Part shown: positions 35,493 through 47,353 of the stretch, piece after piece
Numbering within the stretch: position 1 is the first letter of the stretch
Layout: every line of letters begins with the position of its first letter
NCBI GenBank assembly: GCA_020184695.1
Contig: JAANOX010000218.1
Span: 248,001 to 312,000, forward strand
Length of the DNA stretch: 64,000 nt
Direction of reading: 5' to 3'
DNA from: Histomonas meleagridis 2922-C6/04-290x
Lineage: Eukaryota; Protista; Parabasalia
Program-made: the position numbers and the translations under genes
Notes under the pieces: generated by a model
What the model saw: only the letters and a program-made list of their open reading frames with translations
What the model was told of the DNA's origin: nothing
The model's database searches: none

Positions 35493-35807
35493 GATTTTTT
35501 TTCTACTGGAAAGATCTTTTTAAAATATTCCATTTTACGCCATAAAAAATTGAATGAATAATTTGAACACACATTCAATTGCATGTGTGGAAGACCCGCT
35601 GTATTCTTTAATGCATTCTATATTAATTTGATTTCAAAATTTAATACCTCTAATTCTACAATTTTCCTTTATGTTTTTGAAAGTATTATAAAAATAAGAG
35701 TGCTTTTTTATAAAAATTTTTTTCCTTGAATAAGAAAACCTTTGCAAAAATGTAAACGGTCGTGTTTACTTTTTGAGAGCATACCTGTTCAGATTAGGAA
35801 AGAAGAA

Positions 35808-36476
35808 ATGATTGATGATTTAGTTATCGAAAAGAAAGTTGTTGTTGGGCATAATGTACGCCGTCTTCAAAGGCCAACAGAATATAAGACTCATCATTGG
35901 GAAATATTTCTTTATAGTCCAACGGGTGAAGACATGACTAAATGGGTTGAAAAGGTTGTTTTTCACCTTCATGAGTCTTTTAAGCCTCCCGAGAGGATAT
36001 GTACTTCAGAACCTTATAAGGCTTCTGAAGATGGATGGGGTGAATTTGAAGCAACAGTTGAAATTTTTCCAAAAGGTGCAATATCTTTTTCATTAACCCA
36101 CTATATCACATTTCCAAATCAACAATCCAGAAAGTCAGGCCTAACAGAAAAACGAGAAGAAGTAGTTGTATTTCGAAATCCCCCACCAATTTTGTATGAA
36201 GGATTAACAGCAGCTACTTTTTCTTGGAACCGATTTAAGAAAATGAAGCAACACCAAAATGTTAGTGATGCTGAAACTTATGATATTCCAACAAATGATT
36301 ATCAACTTGAGCAAAAATGGCTAAATCAGATAACATCAGTATCACAAGACATTCGCACAGAAATACAAGCAATATCAGAAAAAAGCAAAATTCAACTCGA
36401 ACGTATAAATATGCTAATTGAAAATATCCAAAAATATTCACCTGACGTTGCGGAGTTATCCTCTCTTTTCCTCTAA
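35808..36476 (+). CDS. YEATS-domain protein (Yaf9/GAS41-like)
   Basis: 'THHWEIFL...VEKVVFHLHESF..PER....PY...EDGWGEF'. Confidence 0.9.
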   Translation: MIDDLVIEKKVVVGHNVRRLQRPTEYKTHHWEIFLYSPTGEDMTKWVEKVVFHLHESFKPPERICTSEPYKASEDGWGEFEATVEIFPKGAISFSLTHYITFPNQQSRKSGLTEKREEVVVFRNPPPILYEGLTAATFSWNRFKKMKQHQNVSDAETYDIPTNDYQLEQKWLNQITSVSQDIRTEIQAISEKSKIQLERINMLIENIQKYSPDVAELSSLFL

Positions 36477-36739
36477 CAAAATGTGTGGGCTCCTTACAGG
36501 TGTTACAAATTATCAAAAATTTGTTCATCGAAAAATAATGTTTTTCAATAATTTATTAATAAATCATTTTTATAATCAACTTCGTCATTTAAAAGCGTCA
36601 ATAAATTTGTTTATGCATAATGAGAAACTGTGTAAACTCTAAATCAAAAAGAATCATTTGGAACATTTACAAAGAATTATGATTTCGTTGATAATTATTA
36701 TTCACTAGAAATTCACTAATGGTCAATTTTATTTTCATC

Positions 36740-37290
36740 TGATTTAAAATTTGGAAAAACTGTTGTTAAGTGAATCTGACAATTGTAGAGAATTTAATGA
36801 AGAGCATCTATAAAATCCTGAATCACCAATTGAAGTAACACCATTCATTGTAACTGATTATAAACCTGAACATAATATGCATTTGAAGAAATTGTTGCTA
36901 ATGAATCTGGGAATTGAAGAGATTTTAATGAAGAACAGTTATAAAATGCCGAATTCTCAAGTAACAAAATTCACTGTAATAGATTCTAAACTTGAACAAC
37001 CATAAAACGTACTTGAAGAAAATGCTGTTGGTGAGTCTAATAATTGAACTGATGTTAATGCAGAACATTCATAAAATGCATACATTGATCAAACAATTGA
37101 ATTAACACTTTTCATTTTAATTGATCTAAACCTGCGCATCTATAAAATGCAAATGAAGTAATTTTTGTTTGTGTGTTTGGCAATTGAGAGATGTTAGTGA
37201 AGAACATCGATAAAATGTTGAACTACTAATTGAAGCATCATTAAGCATTGTAATTGATACCAAACATGAACATTCCCTAAATGCAATAGG
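36740..37290 (-). pseudogene. Degenerate BspA-like LRR fragment
   Basis: Frame-broken TpLRR pieces such as 'TMNGVTSIGDSGFYRCSSLNSLQL'; boundaries approximate. Confidence 0.65.
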
Positions 37291-37513
37291 CTATAAGCAA
37301 TACATAAAATAATTAAATACAGTACAAAGCATTTCATATTATTTGAAACATAATACTTCATTAAAATTTAATAACATCTGTCTGAGAATTTCTCTCTTAC
37401 CACAATATAAACTATATAATCATATTGCTGATTTAGACAACATTCTTTCTGTCAACATAAATAATATATACATTTTCTTAATCATAATAAATTCGCTTCA
37501 AAAACCATTTTAT

Positions 37514-40500
37514 TTATTTCAATCTCTCTTCGAACTCTTTATATTCGTCGTAGCAAACTGCGAAGAACTCGGGCATTAACTTTGCTCCTATTTCTAATCC
37601 GTCTGTTGACTTTTCCGATTTCACGGGGCCTATTTCGCTATGCATGAAGAAATCGAAGTCATTTTGTTGATTTGGGTCGAGCACATTCTTTTGTGCGATA
37701 TCTTCTTTACCTTTATCTTTATCGATCAATTTTTTCCATTCCGCTTTCTGATTTGCGAACGGCTGTATCACAGTTTCCTTCAAGTAATTTCTGATTTCAT
37801 TTAATTCCTTCCACGAATCGTTCAACAATGGAATCATTGGAACAATTAATTTTTCGTCGTTTATATATATTTCACCATTTGGTATACTCAATGGCTGAAT
37901 TTGTAATATTATATTTTCGATTTGTGCCTTTAGTTCCAAATTATTTAACTTTTCTTCTTCTTCAAACTCGTCAACAATTTTCTTATTTAATAATCCATTA
38001 ATTTCAGCATCTTCAATAATACTATAAAGGAAATCATTTGTTAAATTCGTTGTTTGTTTACTACAATAATAAATTATATTCGAATAATCTTTAACAATAT
38101 CATTTTTGTTTTTACATTTTATAAAAATTCGTTGAACAAATGTTAAAAGTGTTGTCATATTAAAATTATTTTTATTTTTATATATTTCATACGAAAATAT
38201 TTTTCCGGATTTCTTAATAGGTTCGAAATAAGTTAAACATAATTCATCACAAATTTGATCTAAAAATATTTCAGGATGAGCATTATCAATATCATTTAAA
38301 TAATCGGCGAAAATTATTGAAATTTTCGAATCATTACCGAAATCAATTTTCGAAATTCTTTTAGCGATTTTTATAATTTTTTTAATGTTTTCTTTCGAAT
38401 ATAAGTTAATGAAAGGTGAAATATAATGATAAGCACAAAATATACCATAAAAAATTGGTATTTGAATAATGACACTAATGATTTTAATATCATTATTAAT
38501 GGAATAATATTCAGCAATTGAAGTTAAGAATTCCATAACATTAACAAATAATTCATTATTATAAATCAAATTCGAAATCTTTAATATATTTGCTTCAATG
38601 TTTAATAATTTATGTGTCGATTTAATTGAGATAAATTGTTCGATGATTTTAAATGCGATTTTTGTGGCTTCATAATTATTGTTTATTAAATCATTATTAA
38701 AGATAAAAGGTTGAGCAAATTGCCATATGAAATCTCCATAATGTTCTAATATTTTAACATTCGAAATTGTTTTAGTTAAATATAAAATGATATTTAATGA
38801 TGTACTTATATAATTCTTTATAATTTCATCATTTTGATCTAATAAATTATTCTTTATGATAATATATAATGAATGCATAATCGATGGTATATCACTTCCA
38901 TCCGATTTAATTGGTATATTACTTAATATGATTCCACTTTTAGTAGCTATGATTAAATCACCACAACTACAAAACCATTGAAGTGCAATTTCTTTCCAAT
39001 TATATATAATGTTTTCATAACGACCTTTTAAGATAGAACATATTTGTGTTATAATTTTAGTGATTGATATTTCAATTGGTGATGAATTTTCTTTAAAAGT
39101 AATTTTTAAGTCATTTAATTTAATATTAAAATTGTTTAAAATCTTTGTAATTATTTCTTTAATTAAGTCATTATATATCATTAATTTATTATTATATAAA
39201 TTTAATAAACAAAAATGTAATATCGTTGGAATATAATTTAGAATAATATTAAAATAATTATTAATGATTTCATTAAAATATAATAAACTTCCATATAATG
39301 AAAACTTAGTTTTATCTTCTTCATTAATTCCTGTTTGTAATATCTCTGTTTCATATACATTAATTATAAACCAAGAATCAAATTGTAATGGCTGAATAAT
39401 TCTTGAAATAAATTTCATTAAATGTTCATTCGATAATGATATTAATATAGTTACACATTGTTTTGTATATTGTTTATTAGGTATTAAATTAAAGATGATT
39501 TTAATTAAATAATTTAAATTATTTGGTATCTCACAAAAGCCTTTAAATAATGAACAATATAATGAATGCATTGATTTAGGTATAATTAAAAACAAATCAA
39601 TTAATGATATCGATATATTTAATGGTAATTCTTCTAAATTAAAAAGATTTGCTATTTTAGGTATTAATGATATTATAATATTTAAGTTTTGTTGTAAACA
39701 ATTTTGTTTAATTCGTTCAATAGTTTCTTTAATTAAAGGTATTCGTATAAATGGTAAATATTTACATATGTTATAAAATAATGAATAAATCTTTTGATTA
39801 GAAGGTATTGATACATTAGTAATAAATTCATTTTCGATTTCATTAAATATTTCATTTAAATATGCAATTGGTTTTAAGTTATTTGGTTCATAAATAGTAG
39901 TAAATAATGTACTAAGTCTTTTAATCAATTTAAATGATAATTTCCGCGTTTCAATTTCAGGTGAGAATAAATATATAAATGATAATAAATATAATATTCC
40001 TCGATCATTATAAGTTTTAATATTATATTTCTTATCTTCTTCAGTAAGAATACTATTATTATTAATATCACTAACATATTGAAATGCTATTGCACGGAAA
40101 TAATTAGAATTCCCTTGAATCGCATAATTACAAAACATTTCAAATAAGTTGGAATGTAATGAAAGTATTTTCTTCATTACTAAGTCATTATTTATTGCAA
40201 TGTTTTGTATTTCTTTCGAAAATGGAAAGTTTTTATCAAAAAGATTTCCAACATGAAACATTGAGATTTCGGCTTCTTTAATTTGATTTATATTATTTAA
40301 ATTTAATTGTTCCATTTCCATTAAGAATTTAAATGATTGTTGTCGTTGATTAATGGACCAATTAAATGCTTTTAATGATATTAATGGTTGGAAACAATGT
40401 AATGAACCTTTGTTACCAGGATTATAATCAGAAGTTAAAGCTAACGAAGTGTTTTTAATAATAGTTACATAATTTTGATATAAAACTTCATTTTTCTCAT

Positions 40501-43393
40501 CAAGTTCTTGGATAATTAATAAGAAGAATTTAATATTATTAAATGTATTAGACGAACTACAAATTAATAATTGATAATCAGTATTTTGTGATATTTGTGA
40601 TACGAATTTACTCATTTGTGTTAATCCTAAATTGGATTTATTAGATGAATCATTTTGTAATGTTTTTAATTTATTTATTATCATATCTAAGATTATACTA
40701 TGTGTAGAACATGAACAATTAGATATTATTAATGAAAATATTTTCGATTCAAATGATAATTCATTTATTGAGTTATTTAATAAATTATTTAATATGTTTT
40801 CAAATAAATTACTTTCATTATTATTAGTTTTATCATATAAAAATGGACTTTCAATTGAATATAAGTTTAAGAAATTATTTGGATTTAATTTAGTTAAATC
40901 ATTTTTAAGATTTGTAAATGTTTTAGTTGTCCAAAAGTTTAATCTTGAACATAAAATTAACATTAATATATTATGAATTTGATTAGCAATTATTTCATCA
41001 TTTTCATTAATATTATTAATCTTTTGGAAGTTAATAAATTTTGAAATATTTAAATCAATTAATATATTAAATATTTCTTTAAATTGTTCTTGTGATATAA
41101 TACATAAAAACTCCGAATAAGCTATTGAATAAAGATTAATACAAGAACAATAACATATATCTTCGAAATTAAAATTATTAATTGGTATATTTCTTAAACT
41201 TAATCTAATCAAAAAGTTATCCAAATTCTTTTCTAATTCGCTATATATTGTATTTGTTATATTATTTTGATCACAAATAAATTGAAATCGTTTTAAACAT
41301 AACAATGATAATTTACGTATTTCTAAATATGGCGATGTTAACAAGAAGATAATCATTGCTTGAAAATGATTATACCATAAATCAAACCATTTTTCATTAT
41401 TAGCTTTAATAGGTATTAAAGGCGAAGATATTAAATGATAATATAATGATAATATAATACAAATATGTTGTCCATTTAATATCTTCATCATAAATTGTGT
41501 TAAATAACTTAATAATATTGGCCGTGAATAACTTAATTGATAATATATCCATTGTAATGTATATACTGCAAAATGTGCTAAATATTGTGACGATGATAAA
41601 ATTGTTTCAATTAAAATGGATAAAAATAAGTTTTTCCGATCTTTTAAGTCATTTTCATTAATAATTTGTGGTAATAAACATAATAAATGTGTAATTGATT
41701 TCTCATTTGAATTACTACTAATATTATCTAATAATGAAATATCAAATTTCACTCGTTTAAAGACATAATCGGGAAATTTCTCTTGCATAAATTTATCCGA
41801 AATGTTCATATCTTTACTTAGTTTCGGTATAAATTCATCTGTCCGTACATGAAAATTAGGAGTTGGACATTCTAAGATTTCAAATGATGATAAAAAATGC
41901 GGCGATATAGTTATAGTTGAATAACTTTCAGGTTTACAAAACTCTAAATATTTAAATAATGACGTTTTAATAGTAGTTAAAAATGTATGAATTTTATCAT
42001 TTAAATTTTGGATATTTTGTTCATTTGTTAAATTATTATCTTTATTTAATGGGTTTTGACTTGCATATTTAGTAAATTGTACATCTTCATTAATCATATT
42101 TGTTAACACTGTTAATAATGGTAATATTTTTTGTAAATTGTTATCTTTAAGATATATTAATGCTAAATTAGAAATAGTATTCGTGTTACGTGATACAAAA
42201 TTAAATAAAATCGATGAAATAATTGGAATTGTTTTAGTTGTTAATGTTATGTTCATGATATAATGATTATAAAAATCTATAAGTGAATCTGAATCATAAT
42301 TTGGATTCCATAACATTGTACATTCATCTGATAAATTAGATAATTGATTAATTTCACCATATTCCCAAAACATCGAATTTAAATTAATTTGTCCATTTCG
42401 AATTAATATTAAAAATGATCGTAACATACATTCAGATTTAACTTTGGATTTAAATACAGTTTTAGAAAAGTCTAAGATTTGGTCTTCCGTTAATTGCTTA
42501 GATTTAGATAAAATAATGGCTTTGCATTCAGTTATGGAATTTCGTGTTTCTTTGTTGTGCTTTTCACTTTTTAAAAGGTTTTCCGTATCGTTCAAAAGTG
42601 GCTCTGAAAATTGTGAAATTTGCAAAAGTGTAAAGCGAAGAATTGAAAAAAAGGTTTTAACGCTGATGTTCATGGATTTCTTTTTACGGCTTTGATAAAA
42701 AGAAATTAGGTTTTCTAAATTTGAACATGCGTTTGTTGAATCATATCTTATGTATCTAAATAATAATAAAACATCTTTTGTGCTATATTTAGAATCGCCT
42801 AAACAATCTTTAAACGAAGAATAAATGCTTTGGTATGATTTGATTGAAAGAATTGATATAATAACTGAAAATTGTTTGATTATTTTTCTCCAATGAAGTT
42901 TAAAAAATGTATTTTGTGGTTCTGGAAATTTGCTTCGTTCTGAAAGCACTGATAATATTGTAGGCATTAAATGATGATCTTCTTCTGAAGAACATGTTAA
43001 AATTTGAGTAACAACATCTCCAAAAATATAACATCCAAAAATAGAAAGGAGTTCACCTATCGCTGAATCTTGTTCATCTTCAAAACCAAAATCACTTTTC
43101 ATTTTTTCAAATAAAATTGGATTTTGTGAAAACGGATAAAGATCAAGAAAAGATATAATTGTTGAGTGTGGATTCGCCATTCCCAGGGATACTAATTTGC
43201 TAATAGCTGAATTATATTCGTCGGAATCACGTGGGAAATTTTTTAGATGATTAATTTCTTGTCCTTTTTTCCAAGATAATTTTTCTACTGATGATCTAAA
43301 AAAGCCTCTTAGGGAATTGATAACATTTGGAATTACAGAAGAAACAAAGGAAGCAAATTGATGAGGCTTCATCAATGTGGATTTTGAAAACAT
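37514..43393 (-). CDS. Furry/Tao3 (MOR2-PAG1)-like cell morphogenesis scaffold
   Basis: 1959 aa; 'WKEIALQWFCSCGDLIIATKS' matches the Furry/Tao3 W..AL.WA..C...A.RS motif; also 'SVIISILSIKSYQSIYSSF' and 'LLTSPYLEIRKLSL'. Confidence 0.7.
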   Translation of the reverse strand: MFSKSTLMKPHQFASFVSSVIPNVINSLRGFFRSSVEKLSWKKGQEINHLKNFPRDSDEYNSAISKLVSLGMANPHSTIISFLDLYPFSQNPILFEKMKSDFGFEDEQDSAIGELLSIFGCYIFGDVVTQILTCSSEEDHHLMPTILSVLSERSKFPEPQNTFFKLHWRKIIKQFSVIISILSIKSYQSIYSSFKDCLGDSKYSTKDVLLLFRYIRYDSTNACSNLENLISFYQSRKKKSMNISVKTFFSILRFTLLQISQFSEPLLNDTENLLKSEKHNKETRNSITECKAIILSKSKQLTEDQILDFSKTVFKSKVKSECMLRSFLILIRNGQINLNSMFWEYGEINQLSNLSDECTMLWNPNYDSDSLIDFYNHYIMNITLTTKTIPIISSILFNFVSRNTNTISNLALIYLKDNNLQKILPLLTVLTNMINEDVQFTKYASQNPLNKDNNLTNEQNIQNLNDKIHTFLTTIKTSLFKYLEFCKPESYSTITISPHFLSSFEILECPTPNFHVRTDEFIPKLSKDMNISDKFMQEKFPDYVFKRVKFDISLLDNISSNSNEKSITHLLCLLPQIINENDLKDRKNLFLSILIETILSSSQYLAHFAVYTLQWIYYQLSYSRPILLSYLTQFMMKILNGQHICIILSLYYHLISSPLIPIKANNEKWFDLWYNHFQAMIIFLLTSPYLEIRKLSLLCLKRFQFICDQNNITNTIYSELEKNLDNFLIRLSLRNIPINNFNFEDICYCSCINLYSIAYSEFLCIISQEQFKEIFNILIDLNISKFINFQKINNINENDEIIANQIHNILMLILCSRLNFWTTKTFTNLKNDLTKLNPNNFLNLYSIESPFLYDKTNNNESNLFENILNNLLNNSINELSFESKIFSLIISNCSCSTHSIILDMIINKLKTLQNDSSNKSNLGLTQMSKFVSQISQNTDYQLLICSSSNTFNNIKFFLLIIQELDEKNEVLYQNYVTIIKNTSLALTSDYNPGNKGSLHCFQPLISLKAFNWSINQRQQSFKFLMEMEQLNLNNINQIKEAEISMFHVGNLFDKNFPFSKEIQNIAINNDLVMKKILSLHSNLFEMFCNYAIQGNSNYFRAIAFQYVSDINNNSILTEEDKKYNIKTYNDRGILYLLSFIYLFSPEIETRKLSFKLIKRLSTLFTTIYEPNNLKPIAYLNEIFNEIENEFITNVSIPSNQKIYSLFYNICKYLPFIRIPLIKETIERIKQNCLQQNLNIIISLIPKIANLFNLEELPLNISISLIDLFLIIPKSMHSLYCSLFKGFCEIPNNLNYLIKIIFNLIPNKQYTKQCVTILISLSNEHLMKFISRIIQPLQFDSWFIINVYETEILQTGINEEDKTKFSLYGSLLYFNEIINNYFNIILNYIPTILHFCLLNLYNNKLMIYNDLIKEIITKILNNFNIKLNDLKITFKENSSPIEISITKIITQICSILKGRYENIIYNWKEIALQWFCSCGDLIIATKSGIILSNIPIKSDGSDIPSIMHSLYIIIKNNLLDQNDEIIKNYISTSLNIILYLTKTISNVKILEHYGDFIWQFAQPFIFNNDLINNNYEATKIAFKIIEQFISIKSTHKLLNIEANILKISNLIYNNELFVNVMEFLTSIAEYYSINNDIKIISVIIQIPIFYGIFCAYHYISPFINLYSKENIKKIIKIAKRISKIDFGNDSKISIIFADYLNDIDNAHPEIFLDQICDELCLTYFEPIKKSGKIFSYEIYKNKNNFNMTTLLTFVQRIFIKCKNKNDIVKDYSNIIYYCSKQTTNLTNDFLYSIIEDAEINGLLNKKIVDEFEEEEKLNNLELKAQIENIILQIQPLSIPNGEIYINDEKLIVPMIPLLNDSWKELNEIRNYLKETVIQPFANQKAEWKKLIDKDKGKEDIAQKNVLDPNQQNDFDFFMHSEIGPVKSEKSTDGLEIGAKLMPEFFAVCYDEYKEFEERLK

Positions 43394-43911
43394 TACAAAA
43401 TAAGCTTAGAAAAATTGAAAGCCCTTGTATTTAGGAGATACAAAATTTTGGGGTACCTCACAGCATCCATTCAAAAAGTGGTCCAAAAAATTTGTCACAA
43501 TTTGCGCCTCGTCAATGTCTATTCATTTTTGTCATAAAAATTCATTTTAATTTTTGTTGTCTTGGGCGAACGTCTTTCTTTGGTTGAAAAAATAATGAGT
43601 CGTATTAAGTAAAATATTTGATATTAATTACATGTTTGAATCTACCCTCTATTATACATAATACTGTTGATATTTCCTATCGAATATTTTTGCAGAAGCT
43701 TAATCAATTTTAGTTAGATTCAAATGTGTTTTGGTAGTAATCATGTTTTTACTCGCTTCACCTATGAGAACGTTAAAAAGAAAAATTATTTTTCATAATT
43801 TTTTGTTCATGTTTTAAATAACTGTTTTTTTGGCACATAAGATATGTCAAAATTTCTATTTTGCTATAAAATTTTATAAAAAGCATATGATTTATTTACT
43901 TTTTCATCTGT

Positions 43912-46816
43912 CTACAGGTTTTTCATGGCAGCATATATCAATTCCTTTTCATGGATTAATTTAGCTATTTCTGCATAACCTTTTGAAGTTGCTACCATAA
44001 GTGGTGTTTGAAATAATTTAAATAATTTCCAAATATTATTTTGAAATTTTAAATTATTAAAATAAATATCAAATAAAACAAATAAATATCTTTATCATTA
44101 ATATCAATTCCTTTTTGTTCAAGAAGTAATTTAACTATTTCTGTATGACCATTTTCAGATGCTTTAATAAGTGCTGTTTCAAATAATATAAATAATTTCC
44201 AAATATTATTTTGAAATTTTAAATTATTAAAATAAATATCAAATAAAACAAATAAATATCTTTATCATTAATATCAATTCCTTTTTGTTCAAGAAGTAAT
44301 TTAACTATTTCTGTATGACCATTTTCAGATGCTTTAATAAGTGCTGTTTCAAATAATATAAATAATTTCCAAATATTATTTTGAAATTTTAAATTATTAA
44401 AATAAATATCAAATAAAACAAATAAATATCTTTATCATTAATATCAATTCCTTTTTGTTCAAGAAGTAATTTGACTGTTTCTGTATGACCATTTTCAGAT
44501 GCTTTAATAAGTGCTGTATTAAATAATTTAAATAATTTCCAAATATTATTTTGAAATTTTAAATTATTAAAATAAATATCAAATAAAACAAATAAATATC
44601 TTTTGCATTAATATCAATTCCTTCTTGTTCAAGAAGTAATTTGACTGTTTCGATATAACCATATTTAGATGCTATCATAAGTGCTGTTCTTTTTAATTTA
44701 AATAATTTCCAAATATTATTTTGAAATATATAAAAATTATCAAAATAGATATCAAATATAACAAATAAATATCTTCAGCATTAATATCAATTCCTTCTTG
44801 TTCAAGAAGTAATTTAACTATTTCTACATGATCTAAAACAGATGCACAAATAAGAGCTGATTGAAATATTTTAAATAATTTCCAAATATTATTTTGAAAT
44901 TTGATATTATTAAAATAAATATCAAATTATAAATATAAATTTGAAATAAAACAAATAAATCTCTTTAGCATTAACATCGATCCCTTCTTGTTCAAGAAGT
45001 AATTTAACGATTTCTGTATAATATTCATTAGTAGCACAAATAAGTGCTGAAAAAAATAATATAAATAATTTCCAAATATTATCTTGAAATAGAAAATTAT
45101 TAAAATGAATATTAAGTAAAACAAATAAACATCCCCATCATTAATATCAATTCCTTTTTGTTCAAGAAGTAATTTAACTATTTCTATATGACCATGTGAA
45201 GATGCATTAATAAGTGCTGTTTGAAATAATTTAAATAATTTCCAAATATTATTTTAAGATAAAAAATTATTAAAATAAATTTCAAAGAAAACATATAAAT
45301 ATCTTTTGCATTAATATCAATTCCTTCTTGTTCAAGAAGTAATTTTACTATTTCTATATTTCCATTTTCAGATGCCCTTATAAATGCTGTATTAAATAAT
45401 TTAAATAATTTCCAAATATTATTTTGAAATATAAAATTATTTAAATAAATACGATATAAAACAAATAAATACCTTTAGCATTAATATCAATTCCTTCTTG
45501 TTCAAGAAGTAATTTTACTATTTCTATATTTCCATTTTCAGATGCACAAATAAGGGCTGTATTAAATCATTTAAATAATTTTCAAATATTATTTAAAAAC
45601 ATTATTTTATTAAAATAAACTCTAAAAATATTCTAAAAATATCTTTAACATTAATATCCAAATTATTATGACCCAAAATATATTTAACAAGTTCAATGTT
45701 TCTAGATGCTGATGAATAAACTAAAATATCATTTGGAATTTGATTATTTCGAAGAAAATATTTCACAATATATAAGTTACCAATTCTCGCTGATTCATTA
45801 ATAATATCATCATTGATTTTCATTCCTTCGCCAAGCAAAAACGAAAAAATTTCAAAGTTATAAGATAAAACACAACATACACCCAATTTTTCTAAATTGT
45901 AGGTATCAACTATCTTGTTTTCATAAAGATATTTAAAGATGTCATTTTGATGAAATTTAATTGCTGTTTCATATGCATCTTCAAATGTTGAATGATTTTG
46001 TTCACATAAATGAATAATTTCTTCATTTCCACCTGCAACTGCATATTTTCCTGTATTATTTATATTTGCTCCATTCATAAGTAAATATTTAAAACATTTT
46101 ACAGATCCAAAAAATGCTGCATAATCAATTAATGTAACATTCCTTTGATTAATAAAACTATTTCTTTCATAAAGTGATGGTCGAACTATTTGATCAAAAT
46201 CGAAATCTTCTTGTGATGACATTTCTTGAAGTTTTTCTATTTCATCATTTCGAAATATTTTTGAGATTTCATTCGGATTAACTCCTTCTTTAATTAATTC
46301 TTTATGAAGTTCCCAATCATTTGCTGAAAGTTTATCATAATTATAAGCGAAATATTTATTAAAATCATAATATATAATTCTTTTTAATTCATCTTCTGGC
46401 ATATAATGAACAAAAAATAGTCTTTTTTGATTTTCAATATCTTTCGGTTCAAGCAAATTATGATCAATCATATACTTAATCAGATAATTTGATTCTTGGG
46501 AATAATTAGTAAAAAGAAATCGTATGAATTCATCAAGAAAACCTGAAATGTTTTGATTTTTATCTTCAAATCTTTTAATTTCTTGTAAAAAACTCAAATA
46601 AATATCAAATTCATTCCTTTTTATAACAAACATTATGTACATCATTTGTGAAATAAGCATTTTATAAGATAATGGATGATTATTATCATATTTATTAATT
46701 ATTGAATTTGCCGATTGAACTATATTTTTTGTATTCACGCTAAAAATAATTTGCTTGATAGATAACAAAAAATCATATTCATCTTGTGATTTTAGGTTTT
46801 GTTTATCTGGTTTCAC
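43912..46816 (-). CDS. DUF3447-like/ankyrin-repeat gene interrupted by 10 AT-rich spacers (array 3)
   Basis: ORF 45602-46816 (LIDYAAFFGSVKCFKYLL) is followed by nine stop-free 90-nt cassettes starting at 45560, 45390, 45220, 45050, 44860, 44687, 44517, 44347, 44177 and a terminal exon 44007-43912 (TAG). The ORF opens with GTG, not ATG. Confidence 0.75.
44008..45640 (-). repeat. ~170-bp tandem repeat (90-nt ankyrin cassette + 80-nt spacer)
   Basis: 44101-44270 and 44271-44440 are identical; the other units diverge. Confidence 0.95.
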
Positions 46817-47353
46817 AGGTCTATTTTCCTTTCTCGTTGAAATGGTTTGAGACGGTTAAAAATACTCATTCAAATTTGGTGTAAAACAAACAAATCGCTG
46901 AGGGGTTAAATTAACCGCGTCAAGTACAAACACAGAGCAACTCTTTATGAAAATATCTCGATTCATGATAATTTATTATATATTAATATATGTTCCTTCG
47001 GATGAAATTACAACATACAATATTATATCAAAATTAAAGGTATTTATGTTTTTCCTAATTTGAGATGCTTTTGCGTTTTTTAAATGTTAACAATGGCTGA
47101 ATTGAGCACACAATGTATTTTATTGTTTAATACATAAGAGTGAGAAAATTGAGCAGTGTTTTTGATATTCCAGTGCAATAATTTTAATTTATAGGATGCA
47201 ATAAATTGTTTAAAAGCACAAAATAGAAAAAAAATAACTCAAAATATTCTTAATTTAAGTTATTACAAAAATTTAAAATATATTTTTTTTTCAGATTTTC
47301 AAAAATATTTTTAATTTATTCATATTTAACATATACTTTATTCATAAAATCAT

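Noticed and set aside
44008-45640. 170-bp periodic array as a CRISPR array
   Set aside because: The units are coding ankyrin cassettes plus mutually homologous spacers; the context is eukaryotic and there are no cas genes.
44008-45640. Ankyrin spacers as ordinary GT-AG introns
   Set aside because: Array-3 spacers have a GT at +9, but the nearest AG (GAAACAG) gives an out-of-frame join, there is no CTAAC branch motif, and most array-1 spacers lack that GT.
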